Positions 19,992-28,721 are shown, counted from the first letter of the stretch. The stretch is DNA of 64,000 bases from Gammaproteobacteria bacterium (GCA_965215365.1 CBDCDS010000003.1:632383-696382), one strand, 5' to 3'. The notes: a model not told the origin generated them from the letters alone. Numbers and translations: made by a program.

Positions 19992-20665
19992 TGTGCCTCC
20001 ACCGCCATCATCGCCGCCAGCACCGCCAGCCGCTCGGCCGGGGGCAAGTCACGATAACGCCGCCCCCAGTTCTCAGCCTTGCGCTTGACCTGCTGGCGGT
20101 GCGTGAAGTTGCGCCCCGCATAGCGCACCCAGTGCACCCGGTCCGGCACAAAATTGAACCAGACCCGCTCGGTCACCACCCCGCCCTGATTCATCACCTG
20201 CAAGGACACACTGCGCCAGCCCGCCAGCACCTCATCATACAAGGCCGAAGGATACCCCGACACCATCACCGCACAGGGCAGCCCCTGCAGTAACGCCAGC
20301 AGCGCCTCATGGTCTGAGTCCTCGTAGTCATACCGGTAACGGTGCCGTGACTTGCGCGTGCTGTGCAGGTAGGGCGGGTCGCTGTACACCAACTCCGTGC
20401 CGTCAAACGGAAAAGTCGCCAACCAGCGGTGACAACACCCCTGCACCAACTCCACCGGATACCCACACGTAAACCCCGCCAACGCCCGCACATCAAGATC
20501 AATCCCAATGTTGCGCAACGCCGCCGGCTTGCGCTGCATAATCGCCCCGCCGCCTAAGTGTGTCTCAATGTACACACTGTGCGGCGGCATCATCGCAATG
20601 AGCGGCTGGCACAGACCCGTCGTGGCTTTCGACCCTCGGTACGCATTCCCCATGACGACCAACAT
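19973..20665 (-). CDS. D12-class N6-adenine DNA methyltransferase (Dam-like), cargo of the IS66 element
   Basis: Motif I-like YIETHLGGGA and motif IV DPPY. 230 aa. Overlaps the transposase start by 19 bp. Confidence 0.65.
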   Translation of the reverse strand: MLVVMGNAYRGSKATTGLCQPLIAMMPPHSVYIETHLGGGAIMQRKPAALRNIGIDLDVRALAGFTCGYPVELVQGCCHRWLATFPFDGTELVYSDPPYLHSTRKSRHRYRYDYEDSDHEALLALLQGLPCAVMVSGYPSALYDEVLAGWRSVSLQVMNQGGVVTERVWFNFVPDRVHWVRYAGRNFTHRQQVKRKAENWGRRYRDLPPAERLAVLAAMMAVEAQCTWPR

Positions 20666-20817
20666 AACGCCATGACGCTATGTTGTCAAGGACGCCTTGA
20701 CAAAAAATTCAGTAGAATTAGAGGGAGGGGGCGAGTAGTTACAACAGAACAATTCATACCAGTAAGTATATCACGGCGGTCTGTTTTGTGGTCAGTTTGG
20801 GTAAGTATTTGATACAG

Positions 20818-21669
20818 TCAGACTTTTTCAAACAGGGTCAGGCTTAATATCTGTAATATTGTGTAGAGTTCGGTAGGCAGATCGAGCCGTTTTTTGATGA
20901 TGGCGACCAAGACATAAACGCCAATAGCGGTCCGGATTTGGGTTTTCACAGCATTCTCAGAGGTGCCGAAGAAGGCCTTGATACGCAGGTGTTGTTTGAT
21001 CCATTTGAAGAACAACTCGACCTGCCACCGGCAACGATACAAATCGGCAATGGTGACGGCCGGCAGGGTCAAGTTGTGGGTGAGGAACACCCGTGTTTTG
21101 CCGGTGTTGGCATCGTGATAGCGGATACGACGCAGGGTGTCGGGATAGCGCGGTGCGGAGCGTTGGCCGGTCAGCACGCCGGTCTGGTCGATGCGGCGGG
21201 AGTAGCGGCGCGCAAACTTGAGGTTGGACTTGGCTCGGATTACGAACAAGGCCGAGGCTAAGGTGAGGCCATGCAGTCGTTCGAAGTCGAGGTAGGCACG
21301 GTCCATGACGTAGAAGGCGCCGGGCTCGGGGATAAGCAGGTCGAGGGCATTGACATCGTGCAGTTTACCGTCGGAGACATGGATAAAGGCGGGGATACTG
21401 CCTTGTAAGTCCAGTAAGGTATGCAGTTTGATGGCGGCCTTGGTCTGTCGGAAGTGCGCCCAGGGGAATACGGACAGGCACAGGTCGACCTCGATATCGC
21501 GCAGGCTCTCGCGGTGGGTGAGTTGGGCGAAGGCCAGGCATAGGAACTGGTCAAGACAGGTAAAAGACTTGACGTAGCGATTGCCGTGGTAGCGTTGGAC
21601 GCAGCGGCGGAAAGTGTGCATGGGCAAGTGGGCCATGAGTTGTGAGAAGACGAAATTGCCGGTATACAT
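20818..21669 (-). CDS. DDE transposase, IS4/IS5 superfamily (DDE_Tnp_1)
   Basis: 283 aa with ...DRAYLDFERL... and YRCRWQVELFFKWIKQ (the catalytic E/K region). Confidence 0.7.
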   Translation of the reverse strand: MYTGNFVFSQLMAHLPMHTFRRCVQRYHGNRYVKSFTCLDQFLCLAFAQLTHRESLRDIEVDLCLSVFPWAHFRQTKAAIKLHTLLDLQGSIPAFIHVSDGKLHDVNALDLLIPEPGAFYVMDRAYLDFERLHGLTLASALFVIRAKSNLKFARRYSRRIDQTGVLTGQRSAPRYPDTLRRIRYHDANTGKTRVFLTHNLTLPAVTIADLYRCRWQVELFFKWIKQHLRIKAFFGTSENAVKTQIRTAIGVYVLVAIIKKRLDLPTELYTILQILSLTLFEKV

Positions 21670-21884
21670 GGGGCTGCACTCCTTGGTTATGAATGGGAGT
21701 CACAGCATGGCAGTCAGGGTCGGTGGAGTTCAAGTCGATGACAGGCATAAAACGACTGTTTATTAAGTTGTATCAATGAGTTATGATGCACGAACAAGGT
21801 TTTCTTGGGACACTAGTGAGGCGGCCTCTAAAAATCAGGGAATTATATACGATAGCGCCGAACCGCTATCAAGACCGATATTGG

Positions 21885-22514
21885 TTACTCCGGCTCAAAT
21901 CTTTGCAGGAATGCAAGCGCATTTTTCAAAAAGTCCTTGCCATTGCGGAATCTCCCCAACCCTGTATTGCAACTATCGCAAACATAATCCCTTGCATCTC
22001 CAGTTAAATGTCCATGATCTAAAACAATCTTGACGGTTACCCCCACTATGCCGTCTTTTTCACATATAGGACAACGCCAGAACACTCCTATTGGGGGCTT
22101 ATAAGGAACAGAGCCATCTTTACGCTTCGCATGATTGCGCACGCCGTCAATGCCCCTTCTGCAATCTACGCAGGTAGGACGATATATCGTTGAACCATCC
22201 TTCCGAGTTTGGTTTGCATCGAAATGTTTTAACGCTTTAAGGGTAAAACACTGATTACAGACTTTTTCAATTTGATCTTTTGGCTTCAATCCTACATGCT
22301 TCATAAACTCGCGCTGACGGGCGCTGATTTGAATAGGATATTCCTCTGGAGCAAAAGGCTTAACCGCATCTGTCGGTAAAACTTGCACGCGTCCACCCAA
22401 TGGAATTTTAACTTCGACCCCTCGGTCTGTGCGTTTTTGCACCATTGCCAACCGCCCATCAGCAACAATGACAACCCATTCAGGGGGCTGCTCTGGCGGT
22501 TCATTTGATGTCAT
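21885..22514 (-). CDS. HNH/Endonuclease VII-fold nuclease; putative type II restriction endonuclease
   Basis: C-terminal CPICEKDG...LDHGHLTGDARDYVCDSCNTGLG matches the CxxC...DHxHxTGxxRGxxCxxCNxxLG signature of phage T4 Endo VII-like HNH nucleases. It overlaps the upstream MTase gene by 4 bp (ATGA). Low GC. Confidence 0.55.
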   Translation of the reverse strand: MTSNEPPEQPPEWVVIVADGRLAMVQKRTDRGVEVKIPLGGRVQVLPTDAVKPFAPEEYPIQISARQREFMKHVGLKPKDQIEKVCNQCFTLKALKHFDANQTRKDGSTIYRPTCVDCRRGIDGVRNHAKRKDGSVPYKPPIGVFWRCPICEKDGIVGVTVKIVLDHGHLTGDARDYVCDSCNTGLGRFRNGKDFLKNALAFLQRFEPE

Positions 22515-23293
22515 GCGGTTGCTGCCATGATCTGGTTTCCCAGCCTGGTTTTTGCAATGTCAATGTATTCCTCGGATATATCAATGCCGATCCAATCACG
22601 ACCGTTATAAGCTGCCATTTTGCAAGTTGTGCCTGACCCGCACATCGGATCAAATACCAGATCGCCGGGATTCGTCCACGAAAGGATATGATCTTCGGCC
22701 AGCTTTTCTGGAAATACTGCCGGATGATTAAATGCTATTTTGTCCCTTGTGGTTCCTCCCAGACCAACCGCATAAGCCCATATATTGGTCCTGGTCTTTT
22801 CTTTCTTTAATTCTTTCAGCACTTTGTTATTGACCGCATCCGGGCCCTTGTTGTGAACCATCATTTCGTAGCCGTTGCGGACTGTTTTTTCCTTAATCGG
22901 ATTGAATGTATCAGGTGACCCTTTGGAAAATACAAACATGAACTCGTGACAGTTAGTGTAAGCGTTGCTGCGCATGAAAGGTGTATTTTTCTTCTGGTAA
23001 ATCATCACGTCATGGACGCGGAATCCCAAAGCCTGGAAAAACAGCGCTTGCTTCATACTGGTCAGCGTCCTGCCGCCATGACCATTTATCTTGTCACCCA
23101 CGACCCAAACAACCACGCCTCCTTCCTTCGTGACACGAAACAGTCCTGCCGCTATATCTTCAAATGGAAATGAATAACCCTGGTAATTCCTCAAATTGTC
23201 ATACGGCGGCGATGTGACAGTTAAATCAACCATGCCCTCATCCATGGCGGCCATAATTTTCACACAGTCGCCCGTGTAAAGGTGGTTTCTCAT
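22511..23293 (-). CDS. DNA methyltransferase (beta-class N4-C/N6-A; TSPPY motif IV precedes FDPMCGSGTT motif I)
   Basis: 260 aa with TSPPYDNL and FDPMCGSGTT in permuted order, typical of beta-class amino-MTases. Low GC. Translationally coupled to the nuclease gene. Confidence 0.75.
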   Translation of the reverse strand: MRNHLYTGDCVKIMAAMDEGMVDLTVTSPPYDNLRNYQGYSFPFEDIAAGLFRVTKEGGVVVWVVGDKINGHGGRTLTSMKQALFFQALGFRVHDVMIYQKKNTPFMRSNAYTNCHEFMFVFSKGSPDTFNPIKEKTVRNGYEMMVHNKGPDAVNNKVLKELKKEKTRTNIWAYAVGLGGTTRDKIAFNHPAVFPEKLAEDHILSWTNPGDLVFDPMCGSGTTCKMAAYNGRDWIGIDISEEYIDIAKTRLGNQIMAATA

Positions 23294-23327
23294 GCGATCA
23301 GGTTCTCATAATTCAGGGCGCGTTGCT

Positions 23328-24338
23328 TCAACGCGACTGCGGGTAGTGGTCTCGAATCAGTGATAACAAGCGGGTGGCATCATCTGTTGCCTCCCATTCA
23401 TTATCCTCATTGACCACAATCAGCTCGGTTTTGTTACCGACACCAGTCAGGCTGATTTGCCATGAACCGGACGCGTTGCTGGCATTTTTCTCACGCGTTT
23501 GTCCACTTGCGCCGAGCTGATAGGCACCCTGTTCCGAGTCGCTGCCGGTTACCTGCAGACCACTGTTTTGTAAGGCAATTCCGGTGTTCTTCCAGGCCTG
23601 TTCAAAGGCTTCGGGAATGGCCAGATACATTTTGCCGTCACCGGCATCGACTACCCGTAAGGCACCATCAGCGCCAGTTTGGGAAGCACCTGCCCCCGGC
23701 TCATCGACAGGCGCGGCCGGCGCCGGTGTTGCGGCAGGTTCACCGGCGCCAAGGAACCGGGCGAGCTCGGCAGCAAATAGTCTTTCCTGTTCCTGGTCTT
23801 GGTCTTGCTCGAGCCAGTCGGCATTGTCATCAATTCGGGTTTGGCGCAGTTGGCTGATGACCAGCGTTGAGCTGTCCGGCGTGCCGCCGGCTTCGGCAAA
23901 AATTTTGTATTTGTAACGATACTGCAAGCCAGCCTGTTGTTCGGTCGCAGACCAACCGGTCTCCAGCACCCCCAGCTCACTATCGTCAAGCTCAACAGAG
24001 TAATTTTCCGAGGCAATAAACTCAAGCAAGCGCGGCCACAGCTGTTGTGTTGACATCGGCAGGGTCAACCACTGTTCGCCTGTTTCGGTGCTGCCCGAAG
24101 CAATATCGGGGCCGCCGGGCGCGCGCGGATTTTTATAACTGGACAACGTGACCGGTGCCTCGCCCGGTATGTTCATGGAATCATTGATAGCATTGGCGGT
24201 CAAATCCGGCGGGATTTCCAAATCCGGCATGCTCTCGCTTTTCTTGTACTCGCTCTTTTTGTCGGGCAGGTACGCGCAAGACGCTAGCAGAGACAGGCCC
24301 GACAGGATGGTTGCAAGAGTTAAAACAGGTGTTTTCAT
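23328..24338 (-). CDS. bamC: outer membrane protein assembly factor BamC (NlpB) lipoprotein
   Basis: Lipobox LLASC, 336 aa. Conserved position downstream of dapA. Confidence 0.75.
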   Translation of the reverse strand: MKTPVLTLATILSGLSLLASCAYLPDKKSEYKKSESMPDLEIPPDLTANAINDSMNIPGEAPVTLSSYKNPRAPGGPDIASGSTETGEQWLTLPMSTQQLWPRLLEFIASENYSVELDDSELGVLETGWSATEQQAGLQYRYKYKIFAEAGGTPDSSTLVISQLRQTRIDDNADWLEQDQDQEQERLFAAELARFLGAGEPAATPAPAAPVDEPGAGASQTGADGALRVVDAGDGKMYLAIPEAFEQAWKNTGIALQNSGLQVTGSDSEQGAYQLGASGQTREKNASNASGSWQISLTGVGNKTELIVVNEDNEWEATDDATRLLSLIRDHYPQSR

Positions 24339-24400
24339 AACAGACCTCTGGTTGGTATTGCGTGTTCATACAAGGGGCATCCCGCTCAGGAGCGGCCCTG

Positions 24401-25297
24401 TCAAATCACCTCTGCTTGTTGCATGGCCGCTTCAACCCGAGCATGGAGCTCTTCGGAAAGCCAGGTCATGGGCAGGCGGATGCCGTTTTCGATCAGGCCG
24501 AGCCGTTGCATGGCCCACTTGGTCGGTATCGGGTTGGATTCAAGAAACAGCGATTGGTGCAAGCCCAGCAGTTTGGTGTCTAAAGCCTTGGCTGCGTCCC
24601 GGTTACCGGCGCGCGCCAGCCGACACAGTTCGTGCATTGCCGCCGGCGCCACATTGGCCGTGACGGAAATCACCCCATCGCCACCCATCAGCATAAAATC
24701 ACAAGCCGTCTCATCATCGCCGCTGAGCAGCAGAAAGTCCTCGCCACAGGTTGCGCGCAGCGCGCAGACCCGGTCCACCTCGCCGGTTGCTTCCTTGACC
24801 CCGATGATGTTATCGACCTGCGCCAGCCGGGACACGGTTTCAGGCAGCAGGTCGCAAGCCGTGCGCGCCGGCACATTGTAGAGCAGCTGGGGAATGGAGA
24901 CACTATCGGCAATCACCTTGAAGTGTGCATACATACCGGCCTGGGTCGGTTTGTTGTAGTACGGCGTCACCAGCAAACAGGCGTCGGCGCCGGCTTGTTG
25001 TGCATAGGCCGTCAACTCGATAGCCTCGATCGTTGAGTTTGCGCCGGTACCGGCGATGACCGGCACGCGCCCGTTGACGACCTCCACAACCTGTTTGATG
25101 ACCCGGCAGTGTTCATCCGGCATCAACGTTGCTGATTCGCCTGTTGTGCCTACGGCAACAATACCGTCCGACCCGTTGTCAATGTGGAATTCGACCAGCT
25201 GCGCCAAGGCGTTGAGGTCCAGCGGCGCATCCGGGGCGACGCCCCCCTGCATGGGGGTGATGATGGCAACTAGGCAGCCTGAGAACAGATCTTTCAT
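24401..25297 (-). CDS. dapA: 4-hydroxy-tetrahydrodipicolinate synthase
   Basis: 298 aa, full DapA-like sequence (GTTGE, YNVP). Confidence 0.9.
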   Translation of the reverse strand: MKDLFSGCLVAIITPMQGGVAPDAPLDLNALAQLVEFHIDNGSDGIVAVGTTGESATLMPDEHCRVIKQVVEVVNGRVPVIAGTGANSTIEAIELTAYAQQAGADACLLVTPYYNKPTQAGMYAHFKVIADSVSIPQLLYNVPARTACDLLPETVSRLAQVDNIIGVKEATGEVDRVCALRATCGEDFLLLSGDDETACDFMLMGGDGVISVTANVAPAAMHELCRLARAGNRDAAKALDTKLLGLHQSLFLESNPIPTKWAMQRLGLIENGIRLPMTWLSEELHARVEAAMQQAEVI

Positions 25298-25319
25298 ATT
25301 CTTTGATATTGCATAAGAT

Positions 25320-25385
25320 CACCTCTCACAAACACGAGGTGACTGTGCAGCACAGGGATGTGTTGCCAGTAACTGCAATCATGTC
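25320..25385. repeat. REP-like hairpin (CACCTCTCACAAACACGAGGTG) plus adjacent conserved module
   Basis: The same hairpin recurs at 27971-27992 and, as its complement, at 55985-56006. Confidence 0.7.
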
Positions 25386-25450
25386 AGTGGCCTGTTAAGT
25401 GCCCCTATAGCGGAATCCGTGTATAATACACCAGTTTAAGCCGCCGTGCA

Positions 25451-26014
25451 TTGGCCCTGTTTGACTGCCTGATCCGGATTTCAATAATGATACAATTCCT
25501 TGCGCTGACCGTTATTGGTAAGTATGACCTTGCCCTGCCGGAACGGTTGACCGGCGTTATCGCAGAATCAGGATGCAATATCCGGGAAAGTCGGATCACC
25601 ATACTCGGACAGGAGTTTTCCATGCTGTTGCTGCTCGCCGGGAACTGGAACGCGGTGGTCAAGGTTGAGGACGCGCTGGGCCGGCTGGGGCAGGAACAGG
25701 ATTTATCCGTCAGTATGCGCCGCACGGAATTGGACAAGGCGGAAAAGAATCTCATGCCTTATGCCATCGACGTAGTATGCAGCGATCGTGTTGGCGTGGT
25801 CAACCGGATAACCCGTTTTATCCTGGACAATGGCATCCAGATTCGGGATTTATCCACAACCACCTACGAAGCCTCGCATACCGGCACCGAGATGTTTTCC
25901 CTGCACCTGACCATTCACGTGCCGGTGGAGATATCCATTTCCTCATTACGCAACGACTTTCTGGAGTTTTGCGACCAGTTGAACCTGGACGCGATTATTG
26001 AACCGGTGAAATGA
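25451..26014 (+). CDS. gcvR: glycine cleavage system transcriptional repressor GcvR (tandem ACT domains); likely start near 25487
   Basis: ACT-domain protein in the conserved dapA-gcvR-bcp arrangement. Confidence 0.7.
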   Translation: MALFDCLIRISIMIQFLALTVIGKYDLALPERLTGVIAESGCNIRESRITILGQEFSMLLLLAGNWNAVVKVEDALGRLGQEQDLSVSMRRTELDKAEKNLMPYAIDVVCSDRVGVVNRITRFILDNGIQIRDLSTTTYEASHTGTEMFSLHLTIHVPVEISISSLRNDFLEFCDQLNLDAIIEPVK

Positions 26015-26033
26015 CGAACACGGCACTATTTCT

Positions 26034-26077
26034 GGGAACCTCTAAAAATACCCTCCGTGGTATTTTTAGAGGTTCCC
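26034..26077. repeat. REP-like perfect hairpin GGGAACCTCTAAAAATACC-CTCCGT-GGTATTTTTAGAGGTTCCC
   Basis: 19-bp perfect inverted repeat with a 6-nt loop. Family members are at 31509, 37969, 41221, 45211, 50189, 55794 and 56838. Confidence 0.8.
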
Positions 26078-26080
26078 ATC

Positions 26081-26380
26081 ACTTATTGAGAGCCATCATG
26101 TTTCACAAGGCAACAAGCGACTGGGTGAGATCTGCGGGATAGCCCGCATATCTCACCGAGTGATGCGAAGATCGCGCCGGATTGGTTCTGCCTGCGGGTG
26201 CCTGCGACCGAAACCATAGTGGTTCTCTGGTTGAGGAAGCACGTGCCTGCAGGCAGAACCAAGACCCGCGAGGGCGCATCAAGCGCAGTGGGTTATGGGG
26301 AAAGAGTAGCAGTATGATCATCACTTATTGAGAGCCATCATGTTTCACAAGGCAACAAGCGACTGGGTGAGATCTGCGGG
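26081..26380. repeat. MITE-like element, inverted orientation: 58-bp terminal partial copy plus one full 238-bp copy separated by ATAG; ends 17 bp before the bcp start codon
   Basis: Reverse complement of the 239-bp unit at 31690-31928, with terminal inverted repeats CCCGCAGATCTCACCCAGT / ACTGGGTGAGATCTGCGGG. Confidence 0.8.
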
Positions 26381-26397
26381 CTAAGGGTGACGCGACT

Positions 26398-26871
26398 ATG
26401 AGCACAATTAAGACCGGCGCCAAGGCGCCGGATTTCGAGCTGCCGGCCACCGGCGGCCAGACTATCAGGCTGTCCGATCTTAAGGGTAAAAACGTGGTTA
26501 TTTATTTCTACCCCAAAGACAGCACCTCGGGGTGTACCAGAGAAGGGGCAGATTTCCGTGACAACATTGAGGCTTTCAACGCGCACGACACAGTCATCCT
26601 CGGTGCCTCTAGGGACAGCATGAAGTCTCACGAAAACTTCAAGGCCAAACAGGCGTTTCCGTTCGACCTGTTATCCGACGAGGACGAACACCTATGCGCG
26701 CTGTTCGACGTCATCAAGGAAAAAAGCATGTACGGCAAGAAATACCTGGGTATTGAGCGCAGTACCTTCCTGATCGACAAAACCGGCGTCCTGCGCAAGG
26801 AATGGCGCAAGGTGAAGGTAGCAGGACATGTGCAGGAGGTGCTGAACAGCGTGATGGAATTGGCGGGTTAG
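26398..26871 (+). CDS. bcp: thiol peroxidase Bcp (peroxiredoxin Q)
   Basis: 157 aa with the YFYPKDSTSGCT peroxiredoxin active-site motif. Confidence 0.9.
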   Translation: MSTIKTGAKAPDFELPATGGQTIRLSDLKGKNVVIYFYPKDSTSGCTREGADFRDNIEAFNAHDTVILGASRDSMKSHENFKAKQAFPFDLLSDEDEHLCALFDVIKEKSMYGKKYLGIERSTFLIDKTGVLRKEWRKVKVAGHVQEVLNSVMELAG

Positions 26872-26880
26872 CCCGAACCT

Positions 26881-27945
26881 TCAGGAGGCCGGCTCCTGCT
26901 CCTGCGTCGGCCAGACGTTGATCAAGGCTTTTACTAGGGTAGCCAGCGGGATGGCAAAAAACACCCCCCAGAAACCCCAGAGTCCGCCGAACACCAAGAT
27001 GGCGATGATGATCGCCAACGGATGCAGGTTGACGGCGTCTGAAAACAGCAGCGGCACCAGGATGTTGCCGTCTAAGAACTGGATGATGAAGTAGGCCACA
27101 ACCAGCCAGACAAAGACCGGCTCAAAGCCCCACTGGAAATAGGCAACCAGTGCTACAGGCAGGGTCACCACGGCGGCGCCGATGTAGGGAATCAGGACCG
27201 ACAGTCCCACAGTGATAGAGAGCAGGGAAGCATAATTGAGCCCGAACAGCTTGAAAACGATATACGAAGTCGCGCCGACGATGGCGATTTCATACACCTT
27301 GCCGCGGATATAATTGCCGATTTGTGCATCCATCTCCCGCCACAGGTGGCTGACCAGACTGCGGTCGCTGGGCAGAAAACGGCTCAGCCAGCCGCGGATG
27401 CTGTCTTTGTCCTTGAGAAAAAAGAAAATCATCAACGGCACCAGGACCAGGTAAACCAGCACGGTGATGATAGCCGGAATCGACGCCACCGACACGGTTA
27501 CCAGTTCCTGGCCGAAATCACTGGCGCCGCGGCGCAGGGCCAGACTGATCTCAGTCACCAGCTCGGCAGAAAAAATACCCGGATAGCGCTCTGGCAGGCG
27601 CAACAGCAGCTCCTGCCCGCGGTTCAGCATACCAGGCAATTCCTGGAAAAACTGGCTGGTCTGTCCGGACAGGATGGGCAGCAGGCCAACCGTGATGAAT
27701 CCCATCACCAGTACAAACAGCAGGAACACCAGCACTACCGCGCCGAATCTGGGCACATTGTGGGTGGTGAGTTTCTGTATCGGGGCTTCCAACAGGTAGG
27801 CCAACACAACCGCAGCCAGCAGCGGCGCCAGCATGCTGCCCATGAAATAAAAGATGATGAACCCACCTACCAGCAAAACAACTAGCACGGCAGCCTGTGG
27901 ATGGGTAAAATAGCGCCGGTACCAGTTACTGAAAAAGTCGAACAT
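26881..27945 (-). CDS. AI-2E family transporter (PerM/TqsA-like)
   Basis: 354 aa, polytopic membrane protein with AI-2E/UPF0118-like features. Confidence 0.65.
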   Translation of the reverse strand: MFDFFSNWYRRYFTHPQAAVLVVLLVGGFIIFYFMGSMLAPLLAAVVLAYLLEAPIQKLTTHNVPRFGAVVLVFLLFVLVMGFITVGLLPILSGQTSQFFQELPGMLNRGQELLLRLPERYPGIFSAELVTEISLALRRGASDFGQELVTVSVASIPAIITVLVYLVLVPLMIFFFLKDKDSIRGWLSRFLPSDRSLVSHLWREMDAQIGNYIRGKVYEIAIVGATSYIVFKLFGLNYASLLSITVGLSVLIPYIGAAVVTLPVALVAYFQWGFEPVFVWLVVAYFIIQFLDGNILVPLLFSDAVNLHPLAIIIAILVFGGLWGFWGVFFAIPLATLVKALINVWPTQEQEPAS

Positions 27946-28115
27946 AGGTATTTCCTGTCAGCCTTAAGGCCACCTCTCACAAACACGAGGTGACCTTAAA
28001 CTTTATCATAACCTCAAAAAATGATTGAAGCCAATACTGTACACCGCATCGACCAGACCGGGCTGGCCTGGAGTCCGGTTGCAGGGAGGCGCGCCGGCTC
28101 AGCGGGGGATAGCCA

Positions 28116-28721
28116 ATGAAGCTGCGAGCAAAGCCGTTAATCATCATCCTGTGCGCGGTGTTTGCCCTGCCGCCGTTGTTGTCTTGGTACTTGTTCAACT
28201 ATACGGATCTGGGCCAGAACGCCACCGGTGGCGGGCAGCATGGAGTTCTGATTGTGCCGCCGCGCCCACTGCCTGACTGGCCGCTGATCAACCCGGCCAG
28301 CGAGCCGGCCAGCGACCCGGTCGCGCTCGGGCTGCACGGTAAATGGACGTTGCTGTCCCTGCTCGAGGGCGACTGCGCGCAAAGCTGTGCGCGCAGTCTG
28401 TACAAGATGCGCCAGCTGCGGCTGGCAACCGGCAAACACGCCCGGCGCGTACAGCGCGCGCTGCTGCCGGCCAATGGTGACCCGAACGCCCTGAGCCCGA
28501 CCCAACTGCAGGAATATCCCGGCCAACTGCTGTTGCTGCCGGGGGCAGCTGACATCACCACTTGGTTTGCTCTGTCGGACGCAGACAACCCGTTTACGCC
28601 GGGCCGGCTGTACCTGATCGACCCGCAGGGTAACCTGATGATGAGTTATGCCGACGCCACCGAACCCAAGGGTATCATCAAGGACCTGACCCGCCTGCTG
28701 AAGTATTCCCGGGGCGGATGA
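28116..28721 (+). CDS. hypothetical Sco-like thioredoxin-fold protein with CxxxC motif, first gene of the ctaA-cyoE cluster
   Basis: 201 aa with an N-terminal TM helix and CAQSC (CxxxC). LYLIDPQGNL near the C-terminus resembles SCO/SenC. Translationally coupled to ctaA. Confidence 0.4.
   Translation: MKLRAKPLIIILCAVFALPPLLSWYLFNYTDLGQNATGGGQHGVLIVPPRPLPDWPLINPASEPASDPVALGLHGKWTLLSLLEGDCAQSCARSLYKMRQLRLATGKHARRVQRALLPANGDPNALSPTQLQEYPGQLLLLPGAADITTWFALSDADNPFTPGRLYLIDPQGNLMMSYADATEPKGIIKDLTRLLKYSRGG

Larger units (their letters stand above)
18464..20742 (-). mobile_element. IS66-family element (2279 bp) with 16-bp perfect terminal inverted repeats (GTAACTACTCGCCCCC) and an 8-bp TSD (AACAGAAC); carries a Dam-like methyltransferase cargo
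   Basis: IRs at 18464-18479 and 20727-20742 begin with GTAA. The direct repeat AACAGAAC is at 18456-18463 and 20743-20750. An IS66 TnpC-type transposase lies inside. Confidence 0.75.

Noticed and set aside
21700-21740. tRNA T-loop-like GAGTTCAAGTC as a possible island attachment remnant
   Set aside because: There is no complementary T-stem or acceptor stem and no CCA context, so it is probably a chance match.
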